From the NCBI GenBank assembly GCA_016280345.1, contig JAEEGN010000226.1, positions 1 to 49,646 of the forward strand: DNA of 49,646 nucleotides, read 5' to 3'. This document shows, one piece after another, positions 35,970-45,546 of the stretch (position 1 is the stretch's first letter; every line of letters begins with the position of its first letter). Below the pieces are notes generated by a model. That model worked only from the letters and a program-made list of their open reading frames with translations, was not told the origin of the DNA and did not search any database. The stretch is from Selenomonadaceae bacterium. Lineage in GTDB: Bacteria; Bacillota; Negativicutes; Selenomonadales; Selenomonadaceae. Both the position numbers and the translations under genes were made by a program.

Positions 35970-36728
35970 ATGTACACAAAACGAATCATTCCTTGTCTTG
36001 ACGTCAAGGATGGCCGGGTGGTCAAAGGGACGAATTTCGTCGGCCTCCGTGACGCCGGCGACCCGGTCGAGCTGGCGGCCCGATACGATCAGGAACGGGC
36101 CGATGAACTGGTTTTCCTGGACATCACCGCCTCAAGCGAGAAGCGAGGCACGATGGTGAAACTCGCCTCCGACTGCGCCTCTAAGGTTTTCATTCCCTTC
36201 ACCATTGGCGGCGGCATTCGATCGGCGGAGGATATGCGTTCGCTCCTGAAGGCGGGCGCTGACAAGACTTCGCTGAATACCGCGGCAGTCAAAGATCCGA
36301 GCCTGTTGCAACAGGGGGCGGAAAAGTTCGGCCGGCAATGCGTCGTTCTGGCAGTAGACGCGCGCCGGGCCGGCGAAGACCGTTGGGAGGTCTATATCAA
36401 CGGCGGGCGAACGCCTACCGGCATTGATTGCCTGGAGTGGGTACAAAAAGGCGTATCGCTGGGCGCTGGGGAAATCCTCCTTACGAGCATGGATGCCGAC
36501 GGGACGAAGGACGGATACGACATCGAACTGACGCGCCGGGTCTCGGAGAGCGTGACGGTACCGGTCATTGCCTCCGGCGGGGCGGGACGCCTGGAGCATT
36601 TTTATGACGTTCTGACACTGGGAAAAGCTGACGCAGTCCTCGCGGCTTCTGTCTTTCATTACGGCCAGTTCACCGTTCGCCAGGTCAAGGAATACCTGAA
36701 ATCACGCGGAGTGGAGGTAAGGTTCTGA
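35970..36728 (+). CDS. hisF: Imidazole glycerol phosphate synthase, cyclase subunit
   Basis: [64 protein letters not shown]. Confidence 0.95.
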   Translation: MYTKRIIPCLDVKDGRVVKGTNFVGLRDAGDPVELAARYDQERADELVFLDITASSEKRGTMVKLASDCASKVFIPFTIGGGIRSAEDMRSLLKAGADKTSLNTAAVKDPSLLQQGAEKFGRQCVVLAVDARRAGEDRWEVYINGGRTPTGIDCLEWVQKGVSLGAGEILLTSMDADGTKDGYDIELTRRVSESVTVPVIASGGAGRLEHFYDVLTLGKADAVLAASVFHYGQFTVRQVKEYLKSRGVEVRF

Positions 36729-37420
36729 TGGATATTTCAATGGTGAAGTTCGATGAAAAGGGATTGGTCCCCGCCATCATCCAGGAGGAAAACGGGCAGG
36801 TTCTCATGCTGGCTTACATGAACCGGGAATCTTTGGAAAAAACAATAGAGACCGGCTATACCTGGTTTTTCAGCCGCAGTCGACAACGACTCTGGAAAAA
36901 AGGCGAAACTTCCGGCAATACGCAAAAGGTAAAAGAGATACATTACGATTGCGACGGCGATACGCTCCTGGTGCGGGTCCATCAGACCGGCGTCGCCTGC
37001 CACACCGGTTCATATTCCTGCTTCAGTGGCCGGCGGCTGGGCGAGAATGAAAAGAGCGTGGCGGTCGTCAAGCCGGAACCGGAAAAATCTCTGGCGGTAC
37101 TGAACGAACTCTACGCTGTCATTCAGGACCGACGGCTGAATCCGGTGGAGGGCTCCTATACGAATTACCTGTTCGACAAAGGGCAGGATAAGATATTGAA
37201 GAAGGTGGGAGAGGAAGCGGCAGAGACGATCATCGCCTCAAAGAACATGAAGCGCGATGAGATTATCTACGAGATGAGCGATCTCTGGTATCACTGTCTG
37301 GTTCTTCTGGCCTTCCACAACGTCCTGCCGGACGCTCTGTTCAGCGAACTGATGAAGCGTCGCCAGGGCGGCTCCTATCACAAGTTCACCGGAAAGACCG
37401 GCGAACGTCCGGAGGACTGA
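36728..37420 (+). CDS. hisIE: Bifunctional phosphoribosyl-AMP cyclohydrolase / phosphoribosyl-ATP pyrophosphatase
   Basis: [51 protein letters not shown] (HisI), then [24 protein letters not shown]...[10 protein letters not shown] (HisE). Confidence 0.95.
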   Translation: MDISMVKFDEKGLVPAIIQEENGQVLMLAYMNRESLEKTIETGYTWFFSRSRQRLWKKGETSGNTQKVKEIHYDCDGDTLLVRVHQTGVACHTGSYSCFSGRRLGENEKSVAVVKPEPEKSLAVLNELYAVIQDRRLNPVEGSYTNYLFDKGQDKILKKVGEEAAETIIASKNMKRDEIIYEMSDLWYHCLVLLAFHNVLPDALFSELMKRRQGGSYHKFTGKTGERPED

Positions 37421-37422
37421 CC

Positions 37423-38160
37423 ATGAAAGATATGGATCTGCTGCGGGAGATGCTGACTTCGTCGGCCATGACGCCGGAGACGCCACGAGGGCAAGCGGCG
37501 CCTGTGCCACCGGAAAAACCCGTGCCACCGGACGCTACGCTCATTTCTTTGCCGGAGCCAGGGCTGTTGCCGGATATCCAGGTGAATTTCCTGGAAATGG
37601 TCGAACTTCGTGCCTCCATCCGCATTTACAGGGATAAAGCGGTTTCCCTCAAGGATTTGTCGTTTCTTCTCTGGTGTACGCAAGGTGTTAAAATGGCGAT
37701 GCCGTCCGGTGTGACCATGCGGAACGTCCCCTCGGCCGGGGCTTGCCACGCCTTCTCAACATATCTGCTGCTTCAGCGGATTGAGGGATTGACGCCGGGA
37801 CTTTACCGATTCCTGCCGCTGGAGCACGCCTTATATCCCGTACGTACCGGAGCGGAGGTCGTCACATCATTCCTGCCGGCCTTTCCCGCTACAGCCATGG
37901 TGGAGAAATGTGCTGCCGTCTTCCTTTGGTGCGCTGATTTCTCCCGAATGTCCGGCAAGTACGGTGCCCGGTCGCTGCGGTACCTCTTCCTCGATGCCGG
38001 TCATATCTGTCAGAATCTCTACCTCGCGGCCCAGGCCCTGCGGATCGGCGTTTGCGCTGTGGGCGCGTTCTATGACCAGGCGCTGAACAACGCTCTGGCA
38101 TTGGACGGGGAGAATGATTTTGTGGCCTATGCTGCTACAATCGGCTGGCCAGAGACCTGA
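37423..38160 (+). CDS. SagB/ThcOx-type nitroreductase-family (FMN) dehydrogenase
   Basis: LRASIRIYRDKAVSLKDLSFLLWCTQG, RNVPSAGACHAF, GLYRFLPLEHAL, LRYLFLDAGHICQNLYLAAQALRIGVCAVGAF. RBS GGAGGA sits 6 nt upstream. The start is 3 nt after the hisIE stop, so it is co-transcribed with the his operon. Confidence 0.75.
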   Translation: MKDMDLLREMLTSSAMTPETPRGQAAPVPPEKPVPPDATLISLPEPGLLPDIQVNFLEMVELRASIRIYRDKAVSLKDLSFLLWCTQGVKMAMPSGVTMRNVPSAGACHAFSTYLLLQRIEGLTPGLYRFLPLEHALYPVRTGAEVVTSFLPAFPATAMVEKCAAVFLWCADFSRMSGKYGARSLRYLFLDAGHICQNLYLAAQALRIGVCAVGAFYDQALNNALALDGENDFVAYAATIGWPET

Positions 38161-38229
38161 ACCGGTCAGCGAATAAATCCAAATCAGCGAGAAAAGCCAG
38201 TTTGCTCTCTTTCGGGCAGGCTGGTTTTT

Positions 38230-38502
38230 TCATTCATCCGGAAAGAACTCCTCCTCCCAAAGCCCATCAGTTAAGTATTTTTTGAGGAACAGCAGCAAAT
38301 CAACCGGTTTTAGCGAAGTATAACAAGAATAGTTCGTATTATGATAATGGATTTTTAGCATCCGGCCTGCGGCGGAAGAGGCGTACATAGAAATTCCCAC
38401 CGGGGTATCCGCTGACGAGATCATAATGACAAGCGGTACGGGGGCGTTGACGGAATGGGCGCATGTCGAAATCACAATCGACTCATGGAGAGAGGGGAAC
38501 AA
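38230..38502 (-). pseudogene. Possible C-terminal remnant of an alpha/beta-hydrolase-like gene
   Basis: The ORF tail APVPLVIMISSADTPVGISMYASSAAG...HYHNTNY...DLLLFLKKYL resembles the last strand-helix units of alpha/beta hydrolases (PvLii-G-x-D-x-vP ... H ... FL-kk). There is no plausible N-terminal domain, the segment is lower in GC, and it overlaps the next gene's leader. Confidence 0.25.
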
Positions 38503-38507
38503 ACGCC

Positions 38508-39461
38508 ATGAACGACAACTATTTCAATCAGGCGGCTCTCAACAAGATGCGTTCCCCGGAAAAACTCGATACGATGATCCGGATTACCGACCCGGTAAGC
38601 TGGATGGGTATGGCGTCTGTCACACTGCTCTGCTTCGCCATCGTACTTTGGTCGTTTTATGGTTCTTTTACGGAAAAAGCGGAAGGACGTGGCCTGATTC
38701 TGGATTCCGCCGGCGTCGTTAACGTGACGCATTCGGTCTCGGGAAAGATCACCGGAATTTTGGTTCATACGGGGGACAAGGTACATAAAGGACAGCTCAT
38801 CGCCCACATGGATCAGCCGGAACAATCGGCTGACACACGGATGGCGCAGTACGGAACGGAACTGGCAACGAATGACCGTGACGTAATGGGACGTGTTTAC
38901 CAGTACGACGCGAAGCGGCACCAGCAGGCGGCACGAGAGAATATTTACTGTGCGTATGACGGCGTAGTAGACGAGGTGATGGCTGCCGCCGGGGAAATTC
39001 TACAGGCAGGCAGTCCGATCTGTTCGGTGCGTTTAACGCAGAACCGTGATGATTTGACGGGCGTTTTCTATATTCCCGTGGATAAGGGCAAGCGCGTGGA
39101 ACCGGGGATGACAATCCAACTCGCCCCGAACGGTGTTGACGTAACGCAAACGGGCAGTTTGATCGGCGTAGTAAAAAGCGTGTCGCAATATCCGATTTCC
39201 GCCGAAGGCATACGAAAAGGGCTTGGCAACGCGCAACTTGCGCAATATGTGCTGACGCAGGACGGCGGTGCGGCGGTCGAGGTAAAATTCGACCTCGTGA
39301 AAGACGCCAGCTCGGATTCGGGCTACCTCTGGACCTCTGTCGTGGGGAAACATCGGCCGGTCACTGCGGGCAGTTTCTGCACCGGTTCCATCGTAATTGA
39401 GAGGGAACCGCCAATTGAGAAGGCATTCTATAAGATCAGCCAATGGCTGAGGAGCCGATAG
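38508..39461 (+). CDS. HlyD-family adaptor of an NHLP/Nif11-type bacteriocin export system
   Basis: MNDNYFNQAALNKMRSPEKLDTMIRITDPVSWMGMASVTLLCFAIVLW: the SPE-x-LD motif followed by a single TM helix is typical of this adaptor type. A biotinyl-lipoyl-like hairpin region follows (GKITGILVHTGDKVHKGQLIAHMD). ATG 38508 is preceded by GGAGAGAGGGG. Confidence 0.8.
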   Translation: MNDNYFNQAALNKMRSPEKLDTMIRITDPVSWMGMASVTLLCFAIVLWSFYGSFTEKAEGRGLILDSAGVVNVTHSVSGKITGILVHTGDKVHKGQLIAHMDQPEQSADTRMAQYGTELATNDRDVMGRVYQYDAKRHQQAARENIYCAYDGVVDEVMAAAGEILQAGSPICSVRLTQNRDDLTGVFYIPVDKGKRVEPGMTIQLAPNGVDVTQTGSLIGVVKSVSQYPISAEGIRKGLGNAQLAQYVLTQDGGAAVEVKFDLVKDASSDSGYLWTSVVGKHRPVTAGSFCTGSIVIEREPPIEKAFYKISQWLRSR

Positions 39462-39464
39462 CCT

Positions 39465-41684
39465 ATGGAATTCAAAGAAAAACTCCGGCAGTTCCTCTTC
39501 GGCCGGCAACGTGTGAAAACACCGACCGTCCTCCAGATGGAAGCGACGGAATGTGGAGCGGCTTCGCTTTCCATGGTGCTTGCCTATTACGGGAAATGGC
39601 TTCCCCTTGAGGTTTTGCGGCAGGAATGCGGCGTTACCCGTGATGGCGTGAACGCGAAGAACATTCTCCGCGCCGCGCGGCGGTTCGGCTGTGTAGCGAA
39701 AGGCTTTGCCGGTCGCCCCTACGTCCTTCGGGAGAAGGAATTTCCCCTGATTCTTTTTTGGGAGTTCAACCATTTCGTTGTCATGGAAGGAATCGAGGGT
39801 AACACGGTCTTTTTGAACGACCCGGCGTTGGGCCGGCGTAAGGTGACATGGGAGGACTTCCTCACTTCCTACACAGGTATCTATTTGAAAATCGTACCGG
39901 GAGAGGGATTCCGGCCTTCGGGACGGCAGTTCAGCGTCATGCAGGCGATGGTGGAAAAACTCGCCACCGATAAATGGGCAGTACTTTTCCTGGTAATCCT
40001 CGGACTTTGCATGATCATACCCGGGCTTGCCGTTCCGGTGATGAACCAGATCTTCATCGACGATGTCTTCTCGCTGAAGCATCCTGATTGGACCCAGAAA
40101 CTGCTATTCGCGATGGCTTCGGCGGCGGTGCTTGTCGGTGTCATGAGCGCGATGCGGGCTGCGGCACTGACCTATTGGAAGAGGAAACTGACGTTGTCGG
40201 ACTCTTCGTCGTTCTTCTGGCATGTTCTGCGTCTGCCCGTGGCTTTTTTCCAACAGCGGTACGCGGCAGATGTGGCTTCCCGTATCCAGTTCAACGAGGC
40301 GAATGCCGAAGTACTTTCCAACCAAGGAGCTACCGCCGTTCTCGACCTTTTCATCGCGCTGTTCTACCTCGGTCTCCTGATTCAGTACAGCGTTCCGCTG
40401 ACGCTGGTTGGCGTCTCTGTCAGCGTCGTCAACCTCTTGGTGCTTCTCTATATGCGGCGGAATATGACCGACCTCACAATGCGGATTCAGCAGGAAAAAG
40501 GCAAGGAATTTGGCGTCCTGATGGCTGGCATCATGATGATTGAAAGCATCAAAGCGACCGGCAGCGAGGACGAGCTTTTCGCAAAATGGGCCGGTTACTC
40601 CGGGAAAGTAATTGTTGCGAATCAGGAAATGCAGATTTGGTCGCTGAAAGTTCGACTCCTGCCTACGCTTTTGGCAGGTCTTTCGGGGGCGTTGGTCATG
40701 ACAGTAGGCGGCTTTTCCATCATGGAAGGAGCGATGACCGCCGGTGTCTATACGGCGGTGAACAGCCTGATCGAGAAGTTCCATGAACCGATGCAAAAGC
40801 TCTTGACTTTCAGCGATACGATCCGAACGGCAGAAATGCAGATGCAGCGCCTTGACGACGTGCGGCAATATAAAACAGACATCCTGAACTATCCCGATGA
40901 GACACAAACAATCACATTTAAAGGTGACCGCTTATCCGGCGAGATAACCATGAAAGATGTAAACTTCGGCTACAGTCCATTGGAACCGCCGCTCCTGGAG
41001 AATTTCCAACTCCATCTGGAGCCGGGGCGCTGGGCCGCCATCGTGGGCGCGTCGGGCAGTGGAAAATCGACGCTGGCAAAGCTCGTTGCCGGATTTTATG
41101 AGGAATGGTCGGGAGAAATTCTCTTCGATGGTGTGAAACGGCGTGAAATCCCCCGCCCGGTTATCGTCAATTCACTGGCCTCGGTAGATCAGGACGTTTT
41201 CCAAATCTCCGGGACGGTGCGAGAAAACATCTCGCTGTTCGACAGCTCCGTGCCAAAGGATGACATTATGCAGGCAGCGCAGGACGCCTGCATCGAAGAC
41301 GATATCCTGCGGCTCCCTGGCGGCTATGAAGCAGTGGTCTCTGAGGGCGGGCTGAATTTCAGCGGCGGCCAAAGGCAGCGGTTGGAGCTAGCCCGGGCAC
41401 TGGCAGGCAATCCATCCATCCTGATCCTCGACGAAGCGACCAGTGCCATTGACCCGATGACGGAACAGAAGTGCCTCGAAAACCTGCGACGGCGCGGTTG
41501 TACCTGCCTGTTTGTCGCTCATCGTCTGTCAACCATCCGCGACGCGGATGAAATCATCGTCCTGGAAAAAGGTAAGGTGGCAGAACGTGGCACGCATCGC
41601 GAACTGATGCAGAATAACGGCCCTTACTGCAGGTTGATTGAGGAAAACATGAACGAGGAAAAGGGTGACGAATCGCTGGATTAA
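39465..41684 (+). CDS. ABC transporter with N-terminal C39 double-glycine peptidase domain (peptidase/permease/ATPase)
   Basis: C39 catalytic residues in context: VLQMEATECGAASLSMVL, EFNHFVVMEG, FLNDPA. Six-TM ABC exporter domain. Walker A GASGSGKST, FSGGQRQR, ILILDEATSA. Confidence 0.9.
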   Translation: MEFKEKLRQFLFGRQRVKTPTVLQMEATECGAASLSMVLAYYGKWLPLEVLRQECGVTRDGVNAKNILRAARRFGCVAKGFAGRPYVLREKEFPLILFWEFNHFVVMEGIEGNTVFLNDPALGRRKVTWEDFLTSYTGIYLKIVPGEGFRPSGRQFSVMQAMVEKLATDKWAVLFLVILGLCMIIPGLAVPVMNQIFIDDVFSLKHPDWTQKLLFAMASAAVLVGVMSAMRAAALTYWKRKLTLSDSSSFFWHVLRLPVAFFQQRYAADVASRIQFNEANAEVLSNQGATAVLDLFIALFYLGLLIQYSVPLTLVGVSVSVVNLLVLLYMRRNMTDLTMRIQQEKGKEFGVLMAGIMMIESIKATGSEDELFAKWAGYSGKVIVANQEMQIWSLKVRLLPTLLAGLSGALVMTVGGFSIMEGAMTAGVYTAVNSLIEKFHEPMQKLLTFSDTIRTAEMQMQRLDDVRQYKTDILNYPDETQTITFKGDRLSGEITMKDVNFGYSPLEPPLLENFQLHLEPGRWAAIVGASGSGKSTLAKLVAGFYEEWSGEILFDGVKRREIPRPVIVNSLASVDQDVFQISGTVRENISLFDSSVPKDDIMQAAQDACIEDDILRLPGGYEAVVSEGGLNFSGGQRQRLELARALAGNPSILILDEATSAIDPMTEQKCLENLRRRGCTCLFVAHRLSTIRDADEIIVLEKGKVAERGTHRELMQNNGPYCRLIEENMNEEKGDESLD

Positions 41685-41812
41685 CGGCTCTTTACGCCGC
41701 CGGCGCAAAACCAAGATATATTTTTTCATCTCCCGGTTTCAATTCTTGAATCCGGGAGTGGTATTCGAATGCGGTTCCGTTTTTCCGCCACGACAGGAAG
41801 GAAGGACGCGCT

Positions 41813-44566
41813 ATGAAGCTTGCTGCCGGGGAACGGTTCCGGCTACCGGACGATAAAACATATATCAAAATTGTGGCGGGCCAGGCGGAAGCCTATGCGG
41901 TCACGAGGCAAAAAATCTCTTACCGCCAGATATTCTTGAAGGAATTGCCGGTCGGGGAAGCAGCTTTTCCGCCGATGGACGAATTTGATCAGATCGATAT
42001 CCTGGTTTACGCTGTCGAGGATTCCGAGATTGAGCTACAATCGCTTGCTGAAGCGGATCCCGTCATTCTGGCGCCGCTCATGAAGCAGTGGTTCGGGCGG
42101 CTTGTCGCTCTGCCATGGCTCAGCCTTTTAGCTGATCGTGGCGACGATGTGCTGAAGACATGGGCGGACGGTTCTGTCCTGAACAGCCGGGAGACGGACC
42201 TGGCGACGTTGCTGAATGCGTTTGCGGAGAATGAAGGCATTTTCGCTATGTTACTCGGCGTGCGATTCTCGTCGCAGGACAAGCGTCTCTCAACACGTAT
42301 GGAAAGTCGCGCCCGGCAACAAAGCCGTCTTGTGGACGAAACCATCGCAGCATTGCTGGAAGAAAAGGACGCCATAGAAGGCAGTTTTTCCGCGATGGGT
42401 GATGAAGCAGGCACTGGAAGCAAACGGGCCGAAGAGGCCGCGTTTCTCACACGCTGTGTCGCACAGGCTTTGAATATGCCGTTCCGGAATCTGCACATCA
42501 CAACGGATATGGCGAAAAAACATAATTCCCTCGCTTTGCTTCGGCGCTTTGTCCAGAAGTGCGGCATGCAGCTTCGGTCTGTCACCCTCGATCCGGGTTG
42601 GCAGACCGGAGATAGCGGCGTCATGCTTGGCTCCTTCATCGCCGACGACAATGAGAAAGAACTGGCCGCGCTGATACCCGATTCGCCAAAACACTATCGT
42701 CTCGTAACGCAATCGTATCCCGAGGGCATCCCACTCACGGACGAAGTCGCCGCGAGAATCGACCGGGAGGCGTTTCTCTGCTATCCGGGCCTTCCTGCGC
42801 GAAAGCTCTCGCTGGGGGATCTCCTTCGTTTCTTTTTCCGGCAAAGCTGGACGACGGATTGGAAAACAATCGCCATCGCCAGTTTCGTCACGGGATTGAT
42901 TCCGCTGATTACGCCCATTGTCACCGAGACGGTCTTCAAGGACATCATCCCGATCCTTGACCGGAAGGGTCTTGCCACTGTCACGCAAGTCATGATGGTG
43001 GCGGGTTTTACCACGGCAGCGCTAACCACCACGCGATCAGTTGCGTTCCTGCGCCTGTCCTCGGCGTGCGGAAAAACGCTACAGGCCGCTTTGATCATCC
43101 GTCTCTTTTCCCTGCCGGCGAAATTCTTCCGCCGCTTCCAGTCTGGCGACCTTGCCAACCGCTTGATGGGCTTCGAGGCGATCACGCTCCTCCTGTCGGA
43201 GAATGTCTTCGGGGGCATCTTCAACCTGGTGTTTTCCTTCTGGAGTCTCGGGCTGATGCTTTATTACAGCTTGAAGCTTACAGCAACGGCGCTGGGGATA
43301 TGGCTCATTTACCTCATTATCAGCGGCTTCATCATCAGCCGCCTTGTCCGCTCCCAACGGAAAATGACCGAGGCGAAAAACAAGACCGCCGGTATTTTGC
43401 AGCAGATTTTCACAGGACTTCAGAAATTCCGTGTAAAGGGAGCGGAGGAACAGGCCTACCATCTTTGGGGGGAAAAGTTCGCCGAGGAATGGAGATGGAA
43501 TTTCAGCGTTCGCTGGCTCACGAACTATAATACCGTCATCACCGCCGTCCAGCCGATCCTGCTGGCGCTGGCGCTATACTACGTCGGACTGAAGGAGCTT
43601 GCCGAAAACCCGGCAACGGGCGAAGCCGCAACGATACTCTCAGAAACGTTCAGCCCGGCGGAGCCTCTGACAGTCGCTAAATTCATCGCGTTCCAGGCGG
43701 CATACTCCGCATTCAACGTGTCCCTGAACGCCGTCATGCCAATCTTGGAACAGTTTGCCGCCGTCCGGCCGCTGTTCGAGAATCTTCAGCCTATCCTCGA
43801 CACGGAGCCGGAAGCCGCTGAAGAAAAAAAAGAAGCCGGCTTGCTCTCCGGGACAATTGAGGCAAGGCATCTGACCTTTTCCTATGGTGAGGGATTGCCG
43901 GAGGTGCTGCATGACGTGAGCTTCCGCGTAGCGGCGGGAGAGCATCTGGCCATTGTCGGACCGTCCGGCTGCGGCAAATCCACGCTTGTGCGGTTACTCC
44001 TCGGCTTTGAATCGCCGGCCAGTGGTGCCGTCTATTACGACGGGCAGGACCTGGCCGACCTCGACCTTCCCTCCGTGCGCTCTCAGATGGGCGTGGTGTT
44101 GCAAAACGGCCAACTGATGACCGGAGACATCTATCGGAATATCGCCGGGACCAGCGACCTGACGCTGGACGATGCCTGGGCGGCAGCGGAAGCGGCTGGC
44201 GTCGCCAACGACATCCGCGAAATGCCAATGCAGATGCAGACGGTCATCAGCGAAGGCAGCACGAACATTTCCGGTGGTCAGCGGCAGCGCATCCTGATTG
44301 CCAGAGCGCTTGCCATGAAGCCCTCTATCATCATCTGTGACGAGGCGACCAGCGCCCTGGACAACCGTACCCAATCCATCGTAACCGCCAGTCTCGACCA
44401 GCTGAAAGTGACACGTGTTGTCATTGCACACCGTCTCTCGACCATCCGTCACGCTGACCGCATTCTTGTCCTCAATGAAGGCCGTATCGAAGAGATTGGA
44501 ACGTTTGACGAACTGATCGCGAAGGATGGTCTCTTCGCATCGTTTGTCAAACGGCAAGTAGCGTAG
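41813..44566 (+). CDS. Second ABC exporter (permease/ATPase) with a non-peptidase N-terminal extension (cNMP-binding-like)
   Basis: 917 aa. N-terminal roughly 150 aa: RFRLPDDKTYIKIVAGQAEAYAV...IDILVYAVEDSEIE. A central segment aligned to the position of a C39 domain lacks the catalytic Cys context. TM domain, GPSGCGKST, ISGGQRQR, IIICDEATSA. Confidence 0.85.
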   Translation: MKLAAGERFRLPDDKTYIKIVAGQAEAYAVTRQKISYRQIFLKELPVGEAAFPPMDEFDQIDILVYAVEDSEIELQSLAEADPVILAPLMKQWFGRLVALPWLSLLADRGDDVLKTWADGSVLNSRETDLATLLNAFAENEGIFAMLLGVRFSSQDKRLSTRMESRARQQSRLVDETIAALLEEKDAIEGSFSAMGDEAGTGSKRAEEAAFLTRCVAQALNMPFRNLHITTDMAKKHNSLALLRRFVQKCGMQLRSVTLDPGWQTGDSGVMLGSFIADDNEKELAALIPDSPKHYRLVTQSYPEGIPLTDEVAARIDREAFLCYPGLPARKLSLGDLLRFFFRQSWTTDWKTIAIASFVTGLIPLITPIVTETVFKDIIPILDRKGLATVTQVMMVAGFTTAALTTTRSVAFLRLSSACGKTLQAALIIRLFSLPAKFFRRFQSGDLANRLMGFEAITLLLSENVFGGIFNLVFSFWSLGLMLYYSLKLTATALGIWLIYLIISGFIISRLVRSQRKMTEAKNKTAGILQQIFTGLQKFRVKGAEEQAYHLWGEKFAEEWRWNFSVRWLTNYNTVITAVQPILLALALYYVGLKELAENPATGEAATILSETFSPAEPLTVAKFIAFQAAYSAFNVSLNAVMPILEQFAAVRPLFENLQPILDTEPEAAEEKKEAGLLSGTIEARHLTFSYGEGLPEVLHDVSFRVAAGEHLAIVGPSGCGKSTLVRLLLGFESPASGAVYYDGQDLADLDLPSVRSQMGVVLQNGQLMTGDIYRNIAGTSDLTLDDAWAAAEAAGVANDIREMPMQMQTVISEGSTNISGGQRQRILIARALAMKPSIIICDEATSALDNRTQSIVTASLDQLKVTRVVIAHRLSTIRHADRILVLNEGRIEEIGTFDELIAKDGLFASFVKRQVA

Positions 44567-44620
44567 TCAGCGAATCGCGAAGCCACGTAAAACCAATTCT
44601 GCCCGAAAGGCGATGGTACG

Positions 44621-45139
44621 ATGTCCCCCGCGACTATTTCCTGTCCGTTGGATTTCGAGTCGATCTACCGGAAGTATCATAAAAGGGTTTACAACTATAT
44701 TTACGGGCAGATTCTGCAACGCGAGGCGGCCGAGGACCTGGCGGCGGATGTGTTCGTCGCGGTGGCGACGAATCTGGGACGCTTCGACCCAACGCGGGGA
44801 TCGTTTTCTATATGGCTTTTTACCATTGCCAGGAATTTGACGCAAAATTATCGCCTGCGAGCCTCAAACCGGCTGGAGGAAACTCGCGAGGAACTGCCCG
44901 AACGTTTTGCCGATCCTCCGAAAGAGCAGGACGAGTCCTTGCGCATTCCCGAGAATGCACGGACAGAGCGTATTTTAACCCAGCTTTCCAACGAGGAACG
45001 GAGTTTTTTGGAGTATCGCTATGTGCTTGATCTTTCCAACGAAGAGATAGGGCGGCTCATTGGGACGTCGGCAGCCACTGTCAGCCAGCGTTATCATCGT
45101 CTGCTGGCGAAGTGCCGGAAAATTGATCGGAACGAATGA
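44621..45139 (+). CDS. Sigma-70 family (ECF-like) RNA polymerase sigma factor
   Basis: Region 2 (IYRKYHKRVYNYIYGQILQREAAEDLAADVFVAV, FSIWLFTIARNLTQNY) and region 4 HTH (LSNEERSFLEYRYVLDLSNEEIGRLIGTSAATVSQRYHRLLAKCR). Confidence 0.85.
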   Translation: MSPATISCPLDFESIYRKYHKRVYNYIYGQILQREAAEDLAADVFVAVATNLGRFDPTRGSFSIWLFTIARNLTQNYRLRASNRLEETREELPERFADPPKEQDESLRIPENARTERILTQLSNEERSFLEYRYVLDLSNEEIGRLIGTSAATVSQRYHRLLAKCRKIDRNE

Positions 45140-45252
45140 CATACGACGCGCCGAGTAAATATCTTGAAGTTTTTTCACTACCCGTCAATTTTTGGAGTGG
45201 TGAATTGTATTATATAGATAAGAACAGATAGGGCGGAAACGAGGCGATATGA

Positions 45253-45546
45253 ATGGCGGACAAGATTGTGGGCAGTGAAAATGATATGACGCGCATCGAG
45301 GAGATGGACATGCTTTTTCGCTCAGCGGATTTCTCCGCTGAAAGCGCCGGTCTTGCCGAGAGGCTTTGGGTAAAAATACGGTCGCGGCTGACAGCACGGA
45401 GACAGGACTTCGTGTCTCCCGCGGAAGAATTCGAGCTTTCCGAGGTCGATCTTTTTGAGGTTGCAGCGGCCGGCTCGCCGGACGAACAGCTCCAGAAATG
45501 TCTGGATCGTAGCCAATACCCGACACTCAGTGGCAGTGGTGTATGA
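45253..45546 (+). CDS. 97-aa acidic hypothetical protein (soluble anti-sigma-like or leader-peptide-like)
   Basis: GAGG lies 8 nt upstream of ATG 45253. It occupies the position usually held by an anti-sigma factor, but has no TM helix and no zinc-finger motif. It contains ...EEFELSEVDLFEVAAAGSPDEQLQKC... Confidence 0.5.
   Translation: MADKIVGSENDMTRIEEMDMLFRSADFSAESAGLAERLWVKIRSRLTARRQDFVSPAEEFELSEVDLFEVAAAGSPDEQLQKCLDRSQYPTLSGSGV

Noticed and set aside
37423-38160. SagB-like gene as evidence for a thiazole/oxazole (TOMM) pathway.
   Set aside because: There is no YcaO/cyclodehydratase or docking protein anywhere in the window. The precursor core is not Ser/Thr/Cys-rich in the heterocycle-typical way. 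The gene is transcriptionally tied to the his operon.
38188-38235. Possible terminator after the SagB-like gene (…AGCCAG…CTGGTTTTTT).
   Set aside because: Only a 4-5 bp stem can be drawn by hand. A T-run is present but the structure is too weak to call with confidence.
41730-41758. Hairpin CTCCCGG-N15-CCGGGAG in the 128-nt gap between the two ABC transporter genes.
   Set aside because: There is no T-run, so it is not a terminator. It may modulate relative expression, but on its own it is unremarkable.
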